Of a stretch of 64,000 bases of DNA, positions 12,365-24,359 are shown one piece after another. The notes beneath the pieces are model-generated. The model saw nothing but the letters and a program-made list of their open reading frames with translations. It made no database searches and had not been told where the DNA came from. The stretch comes from an uncultured Planctomycetaceae bacterium. GTDB lineage: Bacteria > Planctomycetota > Planctomycetia > Isosphaerales > Isosphaeraceae. How positions within the stretch are numbered: position 1 is the stretch's first letter; each line of letters opens with the position of its first letter. The stretch spans positions 672,001 through 736,000 of the forward strand of contig CAWIAD010000002.1 in the NCBI GenBank assembly GCA_963833985.1. The letters run 5' to 3'. Position numbers and translations under genes: made by a program.

Positions 12365-13180
12365 ATGAATATCAAGGGCAAATCCGCCATCATCACCGGC
12401 GCGGGTAGCGGCATCGGACAGGCCGTGGCCATCGAGCTGGCCGAGCGGGGCATCGGAGCAGTCGGTCTGGTGGATCGCAGCGATGGGGTCATCAACGTCG
12501 CCCGGCTGATCAACGACCGTATGGACCGGCCGGTGGCCGAGGCATTCATCGGCGACGTCACCGACACGGCGTTTCGCCAGAAGTCGTTCGACCTGATGTG
12601 CAGCAAGTACGGCGCTCCGGCGGTGTGCGTGCCCGCGGCCGGCATCACGCGCGACCAGCTTGCCGTGAAGGTGGACAAGCAAACCGGACGGGCCTCGGTT
12701 TACCCGCTGGAGAACTTCCGGCTGGTCATGGAAGTCAACCTGGTGGCACCGGTCTACTGGGCCATGGAGATGATGGCCCGCATCGCCGAGGAGCGGCTCC
12801 GCAAGGGCAAGGGACGCTGGGCCGCCGACGAGGGCATTCAGGGCACCGTGATCTTCATCGGCTCCATCTCCTCGCAGGGCATTCCCGGCCAGATCTCCTA
12901 CTCTTCCACCAAGGCAGCGCTCAAGGGGGCGGCGGCCACCCTGAGCAAGGAAGCCGTGTACCACGGCGTGCGGTTCGCCGTGATTCACCCCGGGTTCACC
13001 GACACGCCGATGGTTCGCGCCCTCGGGCAGGAATATATCGAGAAGAACATCCTTCCCTACACGCAGCTCAAGCGGCTCATCGACCCGGCCGAGATCGCCG
13101 ACGCCATCTACTTCATGATCTGCAACTCGGCGGTCAGCGGTGAGCTCTGGGCCGACGCCGGCTGGCACCCCTCCGCCTGA
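12365..13180 (+). CDS. SDR-family 3-oxoacyl reductase (FabG/PhaB-like)
   Basis: TGAGSGIG Rossmann motif, AGITRD, catalytic YSSTK, HPGFTDTPM. Confidence 0.85.
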   Translation: MNIKGKSAIITGAGSGIGQAVAIELAERGIGAVGLVDRSDGVINVARLINDRMDRPVAEAFIGDVTDTAFRQKSFDLMCSKYGAPAVCVPAAGITRDQLAVKVDKQTGRASVYPLENFRLVMEVNLVAPVYWAMEMMARIAEERLRKGKGRWAADEGIQGTVIFIGSISSQGIPGQISYSSTKAALKGAAATLSKEAVYHGVRFAVIHPGFTDTPMVRALGQEYIEKNILPYTQLKRLIDPAEIADAIYFMICNSAVSGELWADAGWHPSA

Positions 13181-13714
13181 GACCTCGTCACCCAGGCAAG
13201 CCGCGCTGGTCTTGCCACCAGAACATCCAGTCCCCGGTGCCGGCCGCCGGGGACTGGGGCCGCCTCGGAAAAAAAGACGCCAGGCAACCGGGCCGCCATG
13301 CCCCTGGCTTCGGCCCCGGAGGGCCGCACCCCGGCCCGTTTCGATGGGCGTCAAGAGATCATCGCCAACTTATTCAACTGCTTCATGATACGATCTGTTC
13401 CCAACCGTCAGGCAGGCTCAGCGCAGAGCCTTCGGTGATCGTGGCGGAATCCCTCTCCAAGTCGCAGCAGCCGCCACGGATTGCTCGAATCGACGCGGCC
13501 GGTTGACTAGACCCGTGAAAGCGCCGGCGAGCCTGATAAGATGAGGTTCCCACCGTCGCATGGCGGGGGAGACACGTGTTTCGGAACGGCGAAGCGCGAC
13601 ACCCAGAAAGACAGCCTGCATGCCGCAGATCGGCACGGATCCGCCGGGCTGATTGTCACTTCAGGGCCGCGCGGTTCCAGCACGCAGCAAGGTAACGACA
13701 AGGAGTTACGCAAG

Positions 13715-15232
13715 ATGTCACGATTGGTTGAGGTCACGGAACTTGTGCTCCGCGACGGCCACCAGAGCCTGCTCGCCACACGGATGGCGACCGAGGACAT
13801 GGTGGCGGCTTGTGAGGACATCGATCAGGCAGGCTACTGGAGCGTGGAATGCTGGGGAGGCGCCACCTACGATTCCTGCATCCGGTTCCTCAACGAGGAC
13901 CCGTGGGAACGGCTCCGCACCTTCCGCAAGCTGATGCCCAACACGCGGCTCCAGATGCTTCTGCGGGGCCAGAACCTGCTGGGCTACCGCCATTACGAGG
14001 ACACGGTCGTGGACCGGTTCGTGGACAAGTCGGCCGAGAACGGGATGGACGTCTTCCGCGTCTTCGACGCACTGAACGACGTACGCAACCTGCGCCGCGC
14101 CATGGATGCGGTGCGCCGCACCGGCAAGCACGCGGAAGGCACCATCTGCTATACCACGTCCCCCTTGCATACCGTCGACAAGTTCGTGGAGATGGCCCAG
14201 CGGCTCAAGGAGATGGGCTCGGACTCGATCTGTATCAAGGACATGGCGGCGCTCCTGCGGCCGCAGCCGGCCTACGACATCGTCAAGGGCATCAAGGAGA
14301 AGTGCGGCAAGGACACCCTGGTCCACGTGCACGTCCACTCCACCACGGGCGTGACGATGGTCAGCCTGATGAAGGCCATCGAGGCCGGCGCCGACATCGT
14401 GGACACGTCGATCTCCTCGCTCAGCCTGGGCCCGGGCCACAACCCCACCGAGGCGTTGGTCGAGATGCTCCAGGACACCGGCTACGGCACGCGGCTGAAG
14501 AAGGACCGCCTGCTCAAGATCAAGGACCATTTCGCCAGGATTCGCCCCAAGTATGCGGCCTTCGAGTCCAAGATCGTCGGCGTGGAGACGGAGATCTTCG
14601 ACAGCCAGATCCCCGGCGGCATGATCTCCAACATGGAGAGCCAGCTCAAGCAGCAGGGCGCCGGCGCGCGCATGAAGGAGGTGCTTACCGAGGTGCCGCG
14701 GGTGCGCGAGGCCGCCGGCTATCCCCCTCTGGTCACCCCTTCGAGCCAGATCGTGGGCACCCAGGCGGTCTTCAACGTGCTCATGGGGTCCTACAAGGCG
14801 CTCACCGGAGAGTTTGCCGACCTGATGCTGGGCTACTACGGCGAGACGATCGCCGCGCGTGATCCGGCCATCATCGAGGCCGCCGCCAAGCACTCCAAGA
14901 AGGAGCCCATCACCACCCGCCCGGCCGATCTGCTCAAGCCCGAGTGGGACGAGCTGCGGGCCCAGGCCATGGGACTGAAGGGCTGCAACGGAACCGATGA
15001 AGACATACTAACATACGCAATGTTCCCCCAGGTGGCGCCGAAGTTCTTCGGCAGCCGGGCCGAAGGGCCCAAGAACGTGGGCAAGGCGGTCTCCGACGCC
15101 GCGGCCGCGGCTCCCAAGCCGGCCGACGGGAAGGCGAAGGCAGGCGATGGGCAGGGACCGATCACCAGCCCCGTCAGCTACGAGATCACCGTCGGAGAGG
15201 TTTCCCACAAGGTGACCGTTCAGCCAGCGTGA
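13715..15232 (+). CDS. Methylmalonyl-CoA carboxytransferase (transcarboxylase) 5S subunit
   Basis: VTELVLRDGHQSLLATRM...ECWGGATYDSCIRFLNEDPWERLRTFRKLMP...CIKDMA...HVHST; closely follows the Propionibacterium 5S sequence as recalled; no fused biotin domain. Confidence 0.9.
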   Translation: MSRLVEVTELVLRDGHQSLLATRMATEDMVAACEDIDQAGYWSVECWGGATYDSCIRFLNEDPWERLRTFRKLMPNTRLQMLLRGQNLLGYRHYEDTVVDRFVDKSAENGMDVFRVFDALNDVRNLRRAMDAVRRTGKHAEGTICYTTSPLHTVDKFVEMAQRLKEMGSDSICIKDMAALLRPQPAYDIVKGIKEKCGKDTLVHVHVHSTTGVTMVSLMKAIEAGADIVDTSISSLSLGPGHNPTEALVEMLQDTGYGTRLKKDRLLKIKDHFARIRPKYAAFESKIVGVETEIFDSQIPGGMISNMESQLKQQGAGARMKEVLTEVPRVREAAGYPPLVTPSSQIVGTQAVFNVLMGSYKALTGEFADLMLGYYGETIAARDPAIIEAAAKHSKKEPITTRPADLLKPEWDELRAQAMGLKGCNGTDEDILTYAMFPQVAPKFFGSRAEGPKNVGKAVSDAAAAAPKPADGKAKAGDGQGPITSPVSYEITVGEVSHKVTVQPA

Positions 15233-15254
15233 GCGAGGAAAGGACAGCCGACTG

Positions 15255-16817
15255 ATGAGTGCCAAGAAGAAGAAGCCGATGGAGGACCTGATCACGGACC
15301 TCCGCGCCAAGCGATCGCAGCTCGAGCAGGGCGGCGGAGCCGATCGCCAGGCCAAGCAGCGGAAAGAAGGCAAGCAGACGGCGCGGGAACGCGTCGACGC
15401 CCTCATTGACCCCGGCAGCTTCGAGGAGATGGGACTTTTTGCCCAGCACCGGCAGACCCTCTTCGGGATGGAGGGGAAGGAGGTCCCGGCCGACGGCGTG
15501 GTCACCGGCGCGGCGTCGATCGACGGCCGGCTGGTCCACCTGGCCAGCCAGGACTTCACGGTTCTGGGTGGTTCAGCGGGCGAGCTGCACAGCCACAAGG
15601 TGGCCGACGTGATGGAGCTGGCCCTGCACACCGGCAGCCCGTTCATCTTCATCAACGACTCGGGCGGCGCCCGCGTGCAGGAGGGGATCGACTCGCTCTC
15701 CGGTTACGGCAGGGTGTTCTTCACCAACGTCGAGCTCTCCGGGGCGGTGCCCCAGATCTCCTTGATCTGCGGGCCCTGCGCAGGAGGGGCCGCCTACTCG
15801 CCGGCCCTCACCGACTTCATCATCATGACCCGCAAGGCCCAGATGTTCATCACCGGGCCCCAGGTCATCAAGCAGGTGACCGGCGAGCAGATCACCGCCG
15901 AGGCCCTGGGCGGCGCCGATGCGCACATGCAGCACTCCGGGGTGATTCACTTCATCGCCGAGGATGACACGGACGCCGTGCACATCTGCAAGCGGCTCCT
16001 GAGCTTCCTGCCGTCGAACAACCTGGAGGAGGCTCCCCGGCTGCACCATGACAACAACGTGGATCCCAACCTCGCCCTGAACAAGATCGTGCCGGTCGAG
16101 CCCAAGCAGGGCTACGACATGCGCGACGTGATCTGCGGCGTGGTCGACCGGGCCGACTTCCTGGAGGTCCAGGCCGGTTACGCACCGAACATGGTGGTCG
16201 GCTTCGGGCGGATCCTGGGGCGCTCCATCGGCATCATCGCCAACCAGCCTTCGGTCCTCTCCGGGGCCATCGACATCAACGCATCAGTGAAGTGCAGCCG
16301 GTTCATCCGCTTCTGCAATGCGTTCAACATTCCCCTGGTCACGTTCGTCGACGTGCCCGGTTTCATGCCCGGCGTGCAGCAGGAGTACGGCGGCATCATC
16401 CGCAACGGCGCCAAGATGCTCTTCGCCTACTCGGCGGCCACGGTGCCCAAGATCCAGATCATCCTGCGCAAGTCGTACGGGGGCGCCCACCTGGCCATGT
16501 GCTCGAAGGACCTGGGGGCGGATCGCGTCTTCGCCTGGCCGACCGCGGAGATTGCCGTCATGGGCGCCGAGGGCGCCGTGGAGATCGTCTTCCGCAAGGA
16601 AGTGGAGGCGGCCGCGGACAAGGCCGCCCGCCGCGCCGAATTGATCGAGACCTACCGCTCAACCTTCTCGACTCCCTACGTCGCCGCCGGCCGCCGGCTG
16701 GTGGACGACATCATCGCGCCGGCCGACACACGTAAACACCTGGCGCAGGCCCTGGAATACTTGCAAACCAAGCGCGACCACCGGCCGCCCAAGAAGCACG
16801 GCCTGATCCCACTGTAA
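15255..16817 (+). CDS. Transcarboxylase 12S subunit (acyl-CoA carboxyltransferase beta family)
   Basis: QDFTVLGGS, DSGGARVQEG, GPCAGGAAYSPALTD, FVDVPGFMPG, RKSYGGA, KKHGLIPL. Confidence 0.92.
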   Translation: MSAKKKKPMEDLITDLRAKRSQLEQGGGADRQAKQRKEGKQTARERVDALIDPGSFEEMGLFAQHRQTLFGMEGKEVPADGVVTGAASIDGRLVHLASQDFTVLGGSAGELHSHKVADVMELALHTGSPFIFINDSGGARVQEGIDSLSGYGRVFFTNVELSGAVPQISLICGPCAGGAAYSPALTDFIIMTRKAQMFITGPQVIKQVTGEQITAEALGGADAHMQHSGVIHFIAEDDTDAVHICKRLLSFLPSNNLEEAPRLHHDNNVDPNLALNKIVPVEPKQGYDMRDVICGVVDRADFLEVQAGYAPNMVVGFGRILGRSIGIIANQPSVLSGAIDINASVKCSRFIRFCNAFNIPLVTFVDVPGFMPGVQQEYGGIIRNGAKMLFAYSAATVPKIQIILRKSYGGAHLAMCSKDLGADRVFAWPTAEIAVMGAEGAVEIVFRKEVEAAADKAARRAELIETYRSTFSTPYVAAGRRLVDDIIAPADTRKHLAQALEYLQTKRDHRPPKKHGLIPL

Positions 16818-16830
16818 CGAGGTGTTTGCC

Positions 16831-17229
16831 ATGAAAACCGATACGGTGGATCTGGCCAGGGTGGCCAGCACCCTCGAGGACCTGCGCCGGGAACTCTCCG
16901 AGCTTGGCCAGCGCATCGCCACGCTGGAGGCAGCCGTCGCGCCGGCCTCATCCGCTCACGTCACCGCACCGCCCGAGCAGCAGGCCGGAGCCCATGCCGA
17001 TGCCGGCGCTGCCGCGCCCGTGGCGGAAAGTGTGCCGCCTCAGGCCGTCCGTACGGACAGGCTCGACGAGGAGCTTGTCCTGGTCATCAGCGCAGCCATC
17101 GCGGCCTTCCTGGGCAAGAAGCCGCACATCCGGCAAATCCGCCTGATCGGTTCCGCGGCCTGGGCCCAGCAGGGCCGCGTCACGATCCAGGCATCGCATG
17201 CCATCTCGGTTCATTCGGCGAGGAGTTAG
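16831..17229 (+). CDS. Small accessory subunit of the carboxyltransferase complex (epsilon/delta-like)
   Basis: Coiled-coil N-terminus, Ala/Pro linker, EELVLVISAAIAAFLG...WAQQGR; lies between 12S and 1.3S. Confidence 0.7.
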   Translation: MKTDTVDLARVASTLEDLRRELSELGQRIATLEAAVAPASSAHVTAPPEQQAGAHADAGAAAPVAESVPPQAVRTDRLDEELVLVISAAIAAFLGKKPHIRQIRLIGSAAWAQQGRVTIQASHAISVHSARS

Positions 17230-17231
17230 CC

Positions 17232-17624
17232 TTGAAACTCAAGATCACTGTGGATGGGAAGCTGTACGAAGCCGACGTCGAGGTCTTCGAGCCGGAACAG
17301 CCCCAGCCAGGTTACTATCCGCCACCCGGGCATGCGCGCGTTCCGGCAGCCGCACCCGTTGCCGCGCCCCCGGCGCCGGTCTCGTCCGGCGCCAGCCCGG
17401 TGGCCGACGAGAGCAAGGTCTGCCGCAGCCCGTTCGCCGGTACGGTGTCCAAGCTCTCGGCCCAGGCCGGGCAGACGATCCTGGTCAACGATGTGCTGCT
17501 CATCCTCGAGGCCATGAAGATGGAAACCGTGATCACCGCGCCCATCGGCGGCAAGGTCGCCAAGATCAACGTGAACGTGGGCGATGCCGTGCAGCAGGGA
17601 CAGGTGCTCGTCGAGTTCGATTGA
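17232..17624 (+). CDS. Transcarboxylase 1.3S biotin carboxyl-carrier subunit
   Basis: MKLKITVDG start (TTG, RBS GGAG), Pro/Ala linker, biotinylation motif EAMKM. Confidence 0.93.
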   Translation: MKLKITVDGKLYEADVEVFEPEQPQPGYYPPPGHARVPAAAPVAAPPAPVSSGASPVADESKVCRSPFAGTVSKLSAQAGQTILVNDVLLILEAMKMETVITAPIGGKVAKINVNVGDAVQQGQVLVEFD

Positions 17625-17710
17625 ATCCGCGGCCGGCGAGACGCAGGCGGTGGGCCGCGACCCTGGCCCGCCGGCACTCTTCCTGCCGGCCCCTTCTGCC
17701 TGGAGATGTC

Positions 17711-18142
17711 ATGAAATCCGTCAAAGCCATCAACCACATCGGCATCGCAGTCCGCTCCATCGACGCCCAGCGCCCGTTTTACGAGCAGACGCTCGGCGCG
17801 GTCTTCGAGGGCGTGGAGCATGTCGCCGACCAGAAGGTCCGGGTCGGCTTCTTCCGGGTCGGCGACGTGCGGCTGGAGCTGCTCGAGCCGTCCGACCCCA
17901 CCAGCACCATTGCCTTGTTCATCGACAAGAAAGGCGAGGGCCTGCACCACGTGGCCTACACAGTTGAGGACATCGAGGCGCGCATCGCGGAGCTGAAGAC
18001 CACGGGCGTCCGGATGATCGACGAGGCGCCCCGGCCGGGCGCGCACCACACGCGGATCGCCTTCGTCCATCCCAAGAGCTCGTGCAGCGTGCTCACGGAG
18101 CTGTGCGAGCCGGTGGCCGGCCACGAGCCGTCGCCGCACTGA
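17711..18142 (+). CDS. mce: Methylmalonyl-CoA epimerase
   Basis: INHIGIAV, LELLEP, GEGLHHVAY, AFVHPK, LTELCE (VOC fold). Confidence 0.93.
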   Translation: MKSVKAINHIGIAVRSIDAQRPFYEQTLGAVFEGVEHVADQKVRVGFFRVGDVRLELLEPSDPTSTIALFIDKKGEGLHHVAYTVEDIEARIAELKTTGVRMIDEAPRPGAHHTRIAFVHPKSSCSVLTELCEPVAGHEPSPH

Positions 18143-18679
18143 GCCAGTGTGGGCCGGCCGGGCCGGCGGGCTTGCGGCGCGGGCTCAGCGGCGCCAGTGC
18201 CCGCGGCCGCGGCCGTCGCAAGGTCAGATGCTTGAACGAGCCTGCGGCCGCCCTTAGAATGCAAACGAAATGCGAATCATTCCCCAGGCCGGCGTCGAGG
18301 CGGCCCGGGCCCGGGGAGGGCCCAGGTGAAGCACCCGCCGGGCCAGACCGCCCGGACGCCCCGTGTGGTTGCTCGTCTGGAGGACTTCATGCGAGCGCGA
18401 AGATCCTGCGAGGACGGCGCGGGTCCTCGCATCCTGCCCGGCCCCGCCCCGGACCGAACTCTCCATGACCCGTGATCGGCTCCGCTTCGTGGTCTTGATG
18501 ACTCCGGCACACGGCTTGTCCCTTACCGACGCACGCGCCCTGGCCTACAAGAATCATGGAATCCAGACCGCAGATCGAGGTGCGGGCCTGTCTGCCCCAC
18601 GCAGCCTGGTACGCCGGACCGGCCGGTACGCGACCGTTGGGCTGCTTCCCTGGAACCAGAACAAGAACAGGAAATCTCC

Positions 18680-19381
18680 ATGAGTGAGGTCGCCACGAGT
18701 CCCGCCGCCGGAGCCAAGAGAGCTTACCGGAACCGGCTGGAGCGGATGCTCAACTCCTCGATCGGCCTGAAGATCATCATGGCCCTGACCGGGGTGATCC
18801 TCTCCGGCTTCGTGCTGGTGCACATGCTGGGAAACCTCCAGGTCTACCAGGGCGCGGAGGCGATCAACGATTACGGCAAGCTGCTGCGGAAGGAGCCCGC
18901 GCTGCTCTGGGGCTTTCGCCTCGTCCTGCTGTCGGCGGTCGGGCTGCACATCTGGGCTTATCTCGTGTTGACGCGCAAGAACCTGCATGCGCGGCCGCAG
19001 GCCTACCAGTCGCGCAAATACAAGGAGTCGAGCTTCGCCTCGCGGTCGATGACCATCACGGGGCCCTTGATCCTCGCGTTCATCATCTACCACATCCTGC
19101 ACCTGACGACCGGTACGGTGCATCGCGATTTCGTGGAAGGCGACGTTTACCACAACCTGGTCGTCGGCATGCGGGGCCTCGTCGGCGTCATCTACATCGT
19201 CGCCATGCTCATGCTGGCGTTTCACCTCTGGCATGGGGTCTGGAGCATGTTCCAGACGCTCGGAGTGCCCGAGGGCCGTTATGGCTCGCTGGGCCGGCGG
19301 TTCGCCACCGTCTTCACGATCCTGGTGACGCTCGGGTTCGCCACCGTTCCGCTGGCGGTCCTGATGGGGTATCTGAAATAA
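18680..19381 (+). CDS. sdhC: Succinate dehydrogenase/fumarate reductase cytochrome b subunit
   Basis: [13 protein letters not shown]...HMLGNL...LHI...HILH...FHLWHG..S.FQTLG: five TM helices with heme His ligands. Confidence 0.93.
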   Translation: MSEVATSPAAGAKRAYRNRLERMLNSSIGLKIIMALTGVILSGFVLVHMLGNLQVYQGAEAINDYGKLLRKEPALLWGFRLVLLSAVGLHIWAYLVLTRKNLHARPQAYQSRKYKESSFASRSMTITGPLILAFIIYHILHLTTGTVHRDFVEGDVYHNLVVGMRGLVGVIYIVAMLMLAFHLWHGVWSMFQTLGVPEGRYGSLGRRFATVFTILVTLGFATVPLAVLMGYLK

Positions 19382-19409
19382 CCTTGAAGCGAAGGAAGAG
19401 GAGCGATCC

Positions 19410-21322
<1,913 letters not shown>

Positions 21323-21370
21323 AGCCAAACCGCACTGGACCGCGGCTGAACTCCATAGAGAGGACGATCC

Positions 21371-22171
21371 ATGTCCCAGAATGGCTCTGAACAGACCATC
21401 AACCTGACCTTGAATGTCTGGCGGCAGAAAAACCGCACTTCGCCCGGACGCTTCGAGACTTACTCGGCACGCGACATCAGTACCGACATGTCGTTTCTCG
21501 AGATGCTCGACGTGGTCAACGAACGGCTCATCCTCGACGGGAAGGAGCCGATCGCCTTCGACCACGATTGCCGCGAGGGGATCTGCGGGCAATGCGGGGT
21601 GGTCATCAACGGCGATGCGCACGGCCCAAGGCGCGCCACCACCACCTGCCAGTTGCACATGCGCAGCTTCCACAACGGCGATATCCTGACCGTCGAGCCC
21701 TGGCGCGCCACAGCCTTTCCGGTGATCAAGGACCTGATGGTCGATCGCGGGGCGTTCGACCGGATCATCGCGCGCGGCGGGTTCATCTCGGTGCGCACCG
21801 GCAACGCTCCGGAGGCCAACGACATCCCCATTCCCAAGGAGAATGCCGACCTGTCGATGGACGCGGCCGCCTGCATTGCCTGCGGCGCCTGCGTGGCGGC
21901 GTGCCCGAACGCCTCCGCCATGCTCTTCGTCTCGGCCAAGGCGCAGCACCTCAACCTGCTGCCCCAGGGCGAGCCCGAAAAACAGCGCCGCGTCACCGGC
22001 ATGATCGACCAGATGGACGCGGAAGGCTTCGGCAGTTGCACGAACCACGGCGAATGCGAGGCCGCTTGCCCCAAGGAAATCCGCATGGAGTTCATCGGCC
22101 GCACCAACCGCGACTTCCTCAAGGCTAGCCTGCACAAGGTCCGGCAGGCCGACTCCGCCGGCGCATTGTGA
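21371..22171 (+). CDS. sdhB: Succinate dehydrogenase/fumarate reductase Fe-S subunit
   Basis: [33 protein letters not shown]. Confidence 0.95.
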   Translation: MSQNGSEQTINLTLNVWRQKNRTSPGRFETYSARDISTDMSFLEMLDVVNERLILDGKEPIAFDHDCREGICGQCGVVINGDAHGPRRATTTCQLHMRSFHNGDILTVEPWRATAFPVIKDLMVDRGAFDRIIARGGFISVRTGNAPEANDIPIPKENADLSMDAAACIACGACVAACPNASAMLFVSAKAQHLNLLPQGEPEKQRRVTGMIDQMDAEGFGSCTNHGECEAACPKEIRMEFIGRTNRDFLKASLHKVRQADSAGAL

Positions 22172-22192
22172 GTTGCACGGAAATCTACCGGC

Positions 22193-22954
22193 ATGAGCAC
22201 GCTTCGATTGATTCCAATGGGCGTTGGCGAGGCGTTTACCGCGCGTCATTACACCTCGTGTCTGGCCATCGGAATTGACGATGACTGGATGCTGATCGAC
22301 TGCCCCCATCCGGTCCGCAAGATGCTCGTCGAGGGCTCGACCGCGGCCGGATGCCCCCTCGATCTTGATCGCATCGCCGCCGTGGCGATCACTCATCTGC
22401 ACGCGGACCATTGCTGTGGGCTGAAAGATCTCGGCTATTATTCGTTCTTCGCGCTCGCGCGGCGCGCCCGCTTGCTCATGCACCCGGAGGTCTCGGCGCG
22501 GGCCTGGACCGGGCTGCTTGCGGCCGGTATGGAATTCTCCAGGCCTCACCCCGGCGCCCAACCGGTCCAGAGCCGTTTCGATGACTACTTCGAGCTGCTC
22601 GCACTCGACGGGTCGAGGCCGGTCTGCTGCGGCCCCTTCGCCGTCGAGTGCCGGCCGACAATGCACTCCGTTCCCACGACCGCGCTGCGCATCCAGGCTG
22701 CCGGCCGGACTTTCGCATTCAGTGCCGATACCGCCTTCGACCCGACACTCATCGACTGGCTGGCTGCCGCCGACCTGATCGTCCACGAGGCGACGAGCCT
22801 GGTCCACACGGGCGTGCACACGCCCTACGAGAAGCTGGCCGCTCTTCCCGAAGCCCTGCGCCGGCGCATGCGCCTGACCCACCTTCCCGACGACTTCGAC
22901 AGGGCCTCCAGCGTGATCGAGCCGCTCGAGCAAGGACGCCTTTACGTGGTCTGA
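22193..22954 (+). CDS. Metallo-beta-lactamase-fold hydrolase (RNase Z-like)
   Basis: LIDCP, THLHADH, HSVPT, FSADT, VHEAT, HTPY. Confidence 0.85.
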   Translation: MSTLRLIPMGVGEAFTARHYTSCLAIGIDDDWMLIDCPHPVRKMLVEGSTAAGCPLDLDRIAAVAITHLHADHCCGLKDLGYYSFFALARRARLLMHPEVSARAWTGLLAAGMEFSRPHPGAQPVQSRFDDYFELLALDGSRPVCCGPFAVECRPTMHSVPTTALRIQAAGRTFAFSADTAFDPTLIDWLAAADLIVHEATSLVHTGVHTPYEKLAALPEALRRRMRLTHLPDDFDRASSVIEPLEQGRLYVV

Positions 22955-23156
22955 GCATCACAGGCAGGCTTGACACTTCTTTACGATGGCACGGCTGGCA
23001 GGCGGTTAGAATGACTGCCGTTCCCCATCGCTCACACGGCCTCGCGACCGCAGGGCGGGCACGCACGATGATTGACCGGGCGGTTCCGGCCCTGTGAGAA
23101 TTCATGTCCACCGGCAAGCCCATTTCTTCGATCCAATTCACGTGGAGGTACCCGGT

Positions 23157-24356
23157 ATGAAATGCATGGCTGGACTGGCTCTCATCGTCCTGCTGGCCGG
23201 AGCGGCGGTCCGGGGACAGGAAACGCCCTCACCCGCGCTTCTCGTCCTGCACAAGGGCGAGAACGCGATGGCCATCGTCGATCCCGCGACGGGCAAGATC
23301 GCCGGTCACGCGCCGACTGGCCAGGATCCGCACGAGCTGGCCGTTTCCACCGACGGCAAGCTCGCCTTCGCAAGCAATTACAGCGGCTCGACCGAACGTG
23401 GAGGCAACTCGCTCTCCGTCATCGACATCGCGGCGAGGAAGGAACTGCATCACGTGGACCTGACTCCGCTGGGCCGGCCGCATGGATTGTGGTTTGCCGG
23501 CGGCAAGCTTTACTTCACCGCGGAAGCGAACATGGCAATTGGCCGCTATGACCCGGCCACCAACAAGGTGGACTGGCTACTGGGCACCGGCCAGAATCGA
23601 ACGCACATGGTCCTGGTCGGGAAAGACGAGAAAACCATCTATACGTCGAACGTCGAGTCGAACACCATCAGCATCATCGAGCGTGCCGAGCGGCCCCCGG
23701 GCCCTCCAGGAGGCCCAGGCGGGCCACCATTCGGGGGTCCCGGTGGGCCACCACCCGGTGGGCCTCCTCCTGACGGTCCCGGCGGACCTCCTCCTGGCGG
23801 GCCTGGCGGACCTCCTCCTGACGGTCCCGGCGGACCTCCTCCTGGCGGACCCGGCGGACCTGGTGGACCGCCGCGCGGACCTGGCGGACCGCAGGGTGGT
23901 CCAGGGTGGAAGGAGACTCTTGTTTCCGTGGGCCGGGGACCGGAAGGATTTGACGTCACTCCGGACGGCAAGGAGCTCTGGACCGCGCACATGGGAGACG
24001 GCCGCATCTCGGTGATCGACCTGGCCACCAAAAAGGTCATTCAGACGATCGACGCCGGCGCGCGTGGGCCGAACCGATTGAAGTTCACACCGGATGGCAA
24101 GCTCGCCCTTGTCTCCGAGCTTGGCGGCGGAGGATTGATCGTGCTGGAGACAGGCAGCCGGACCGTGACCAGGCGACTGAGGCTCGGCAGAGGGGCCAGC
24201 GGCATCCTCGTCCCGCCGACCGGAGGACGCGCCTATGTCGCGCTGACGGGCGATAATGCGGTGGCGGTCATCGATCTCCAGACGCTGACCGAGGTGAACC
24301 GGCTCAAGACCGGCCGCGGCCCGGACGGCATGGCCTGGCTGGATACGAAGCCTTGA
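23157..24356 (+). CDS. Secreted YVTN/YncE-type beta-propeller with Gly/Pro-rich insertion
   Basis: Signal peptide; repeats PHELAVSTDGK, PEGFDVTPDGK, PNRLKFTPDGK, SVIDL. Confidence 0.85.
   Translation: MKCMAGLALIVLLAGAAVRGQETPSPALLVLHKGENAMAIVDPATGKIAGHAPTGQDPHELAVSTDGKLAFASNYSGSTERGGNSLSVIDIAARKELHHVDLTPLGRPHGLWFAGGKLYFTAEANMAIGRYDPATNKVDWLLGTGQNRTHMVLVGKDEKTIYTSNVESNTISIIERAERPPGPPGGPGGPPFGGPGGPPPGGPPPDGPGGPPPGGPGGPPPDGPGGPPPGGPGGPGGPPRGPGGPQGGPGWKETLVSVGRGPEGFDVTPDGKELWTAHMGDGRISVIDLATKKVIQTIDAGARGPNRLKFTPDGKLALVSELGGGGLIVLETGSRTVTRRLRLGRGASGILVPPTGGRAYVALTGDNAVAVIDLQTLTEVNRLKTGRGPDGMAWLDTKP
23695..23905 (+). repeat. Coding tandem repeat, about 24-nt unit encoding GGPPP(D/G)GP
   Basis: ggcggacctcctcct(gac/ggc)gg(t/g/a)cc repeated in frame. 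Confidence 0.85.
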
Positions 24357-24359
24357 ACC

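Noticed and set aside
13715..17624. Na+-pumping oxaloacetate or methylmalonyl-CoA decarboxylase
   Set aside because: No membrane beta subunit in the operon, and the subunit set matches transcarboxylase.
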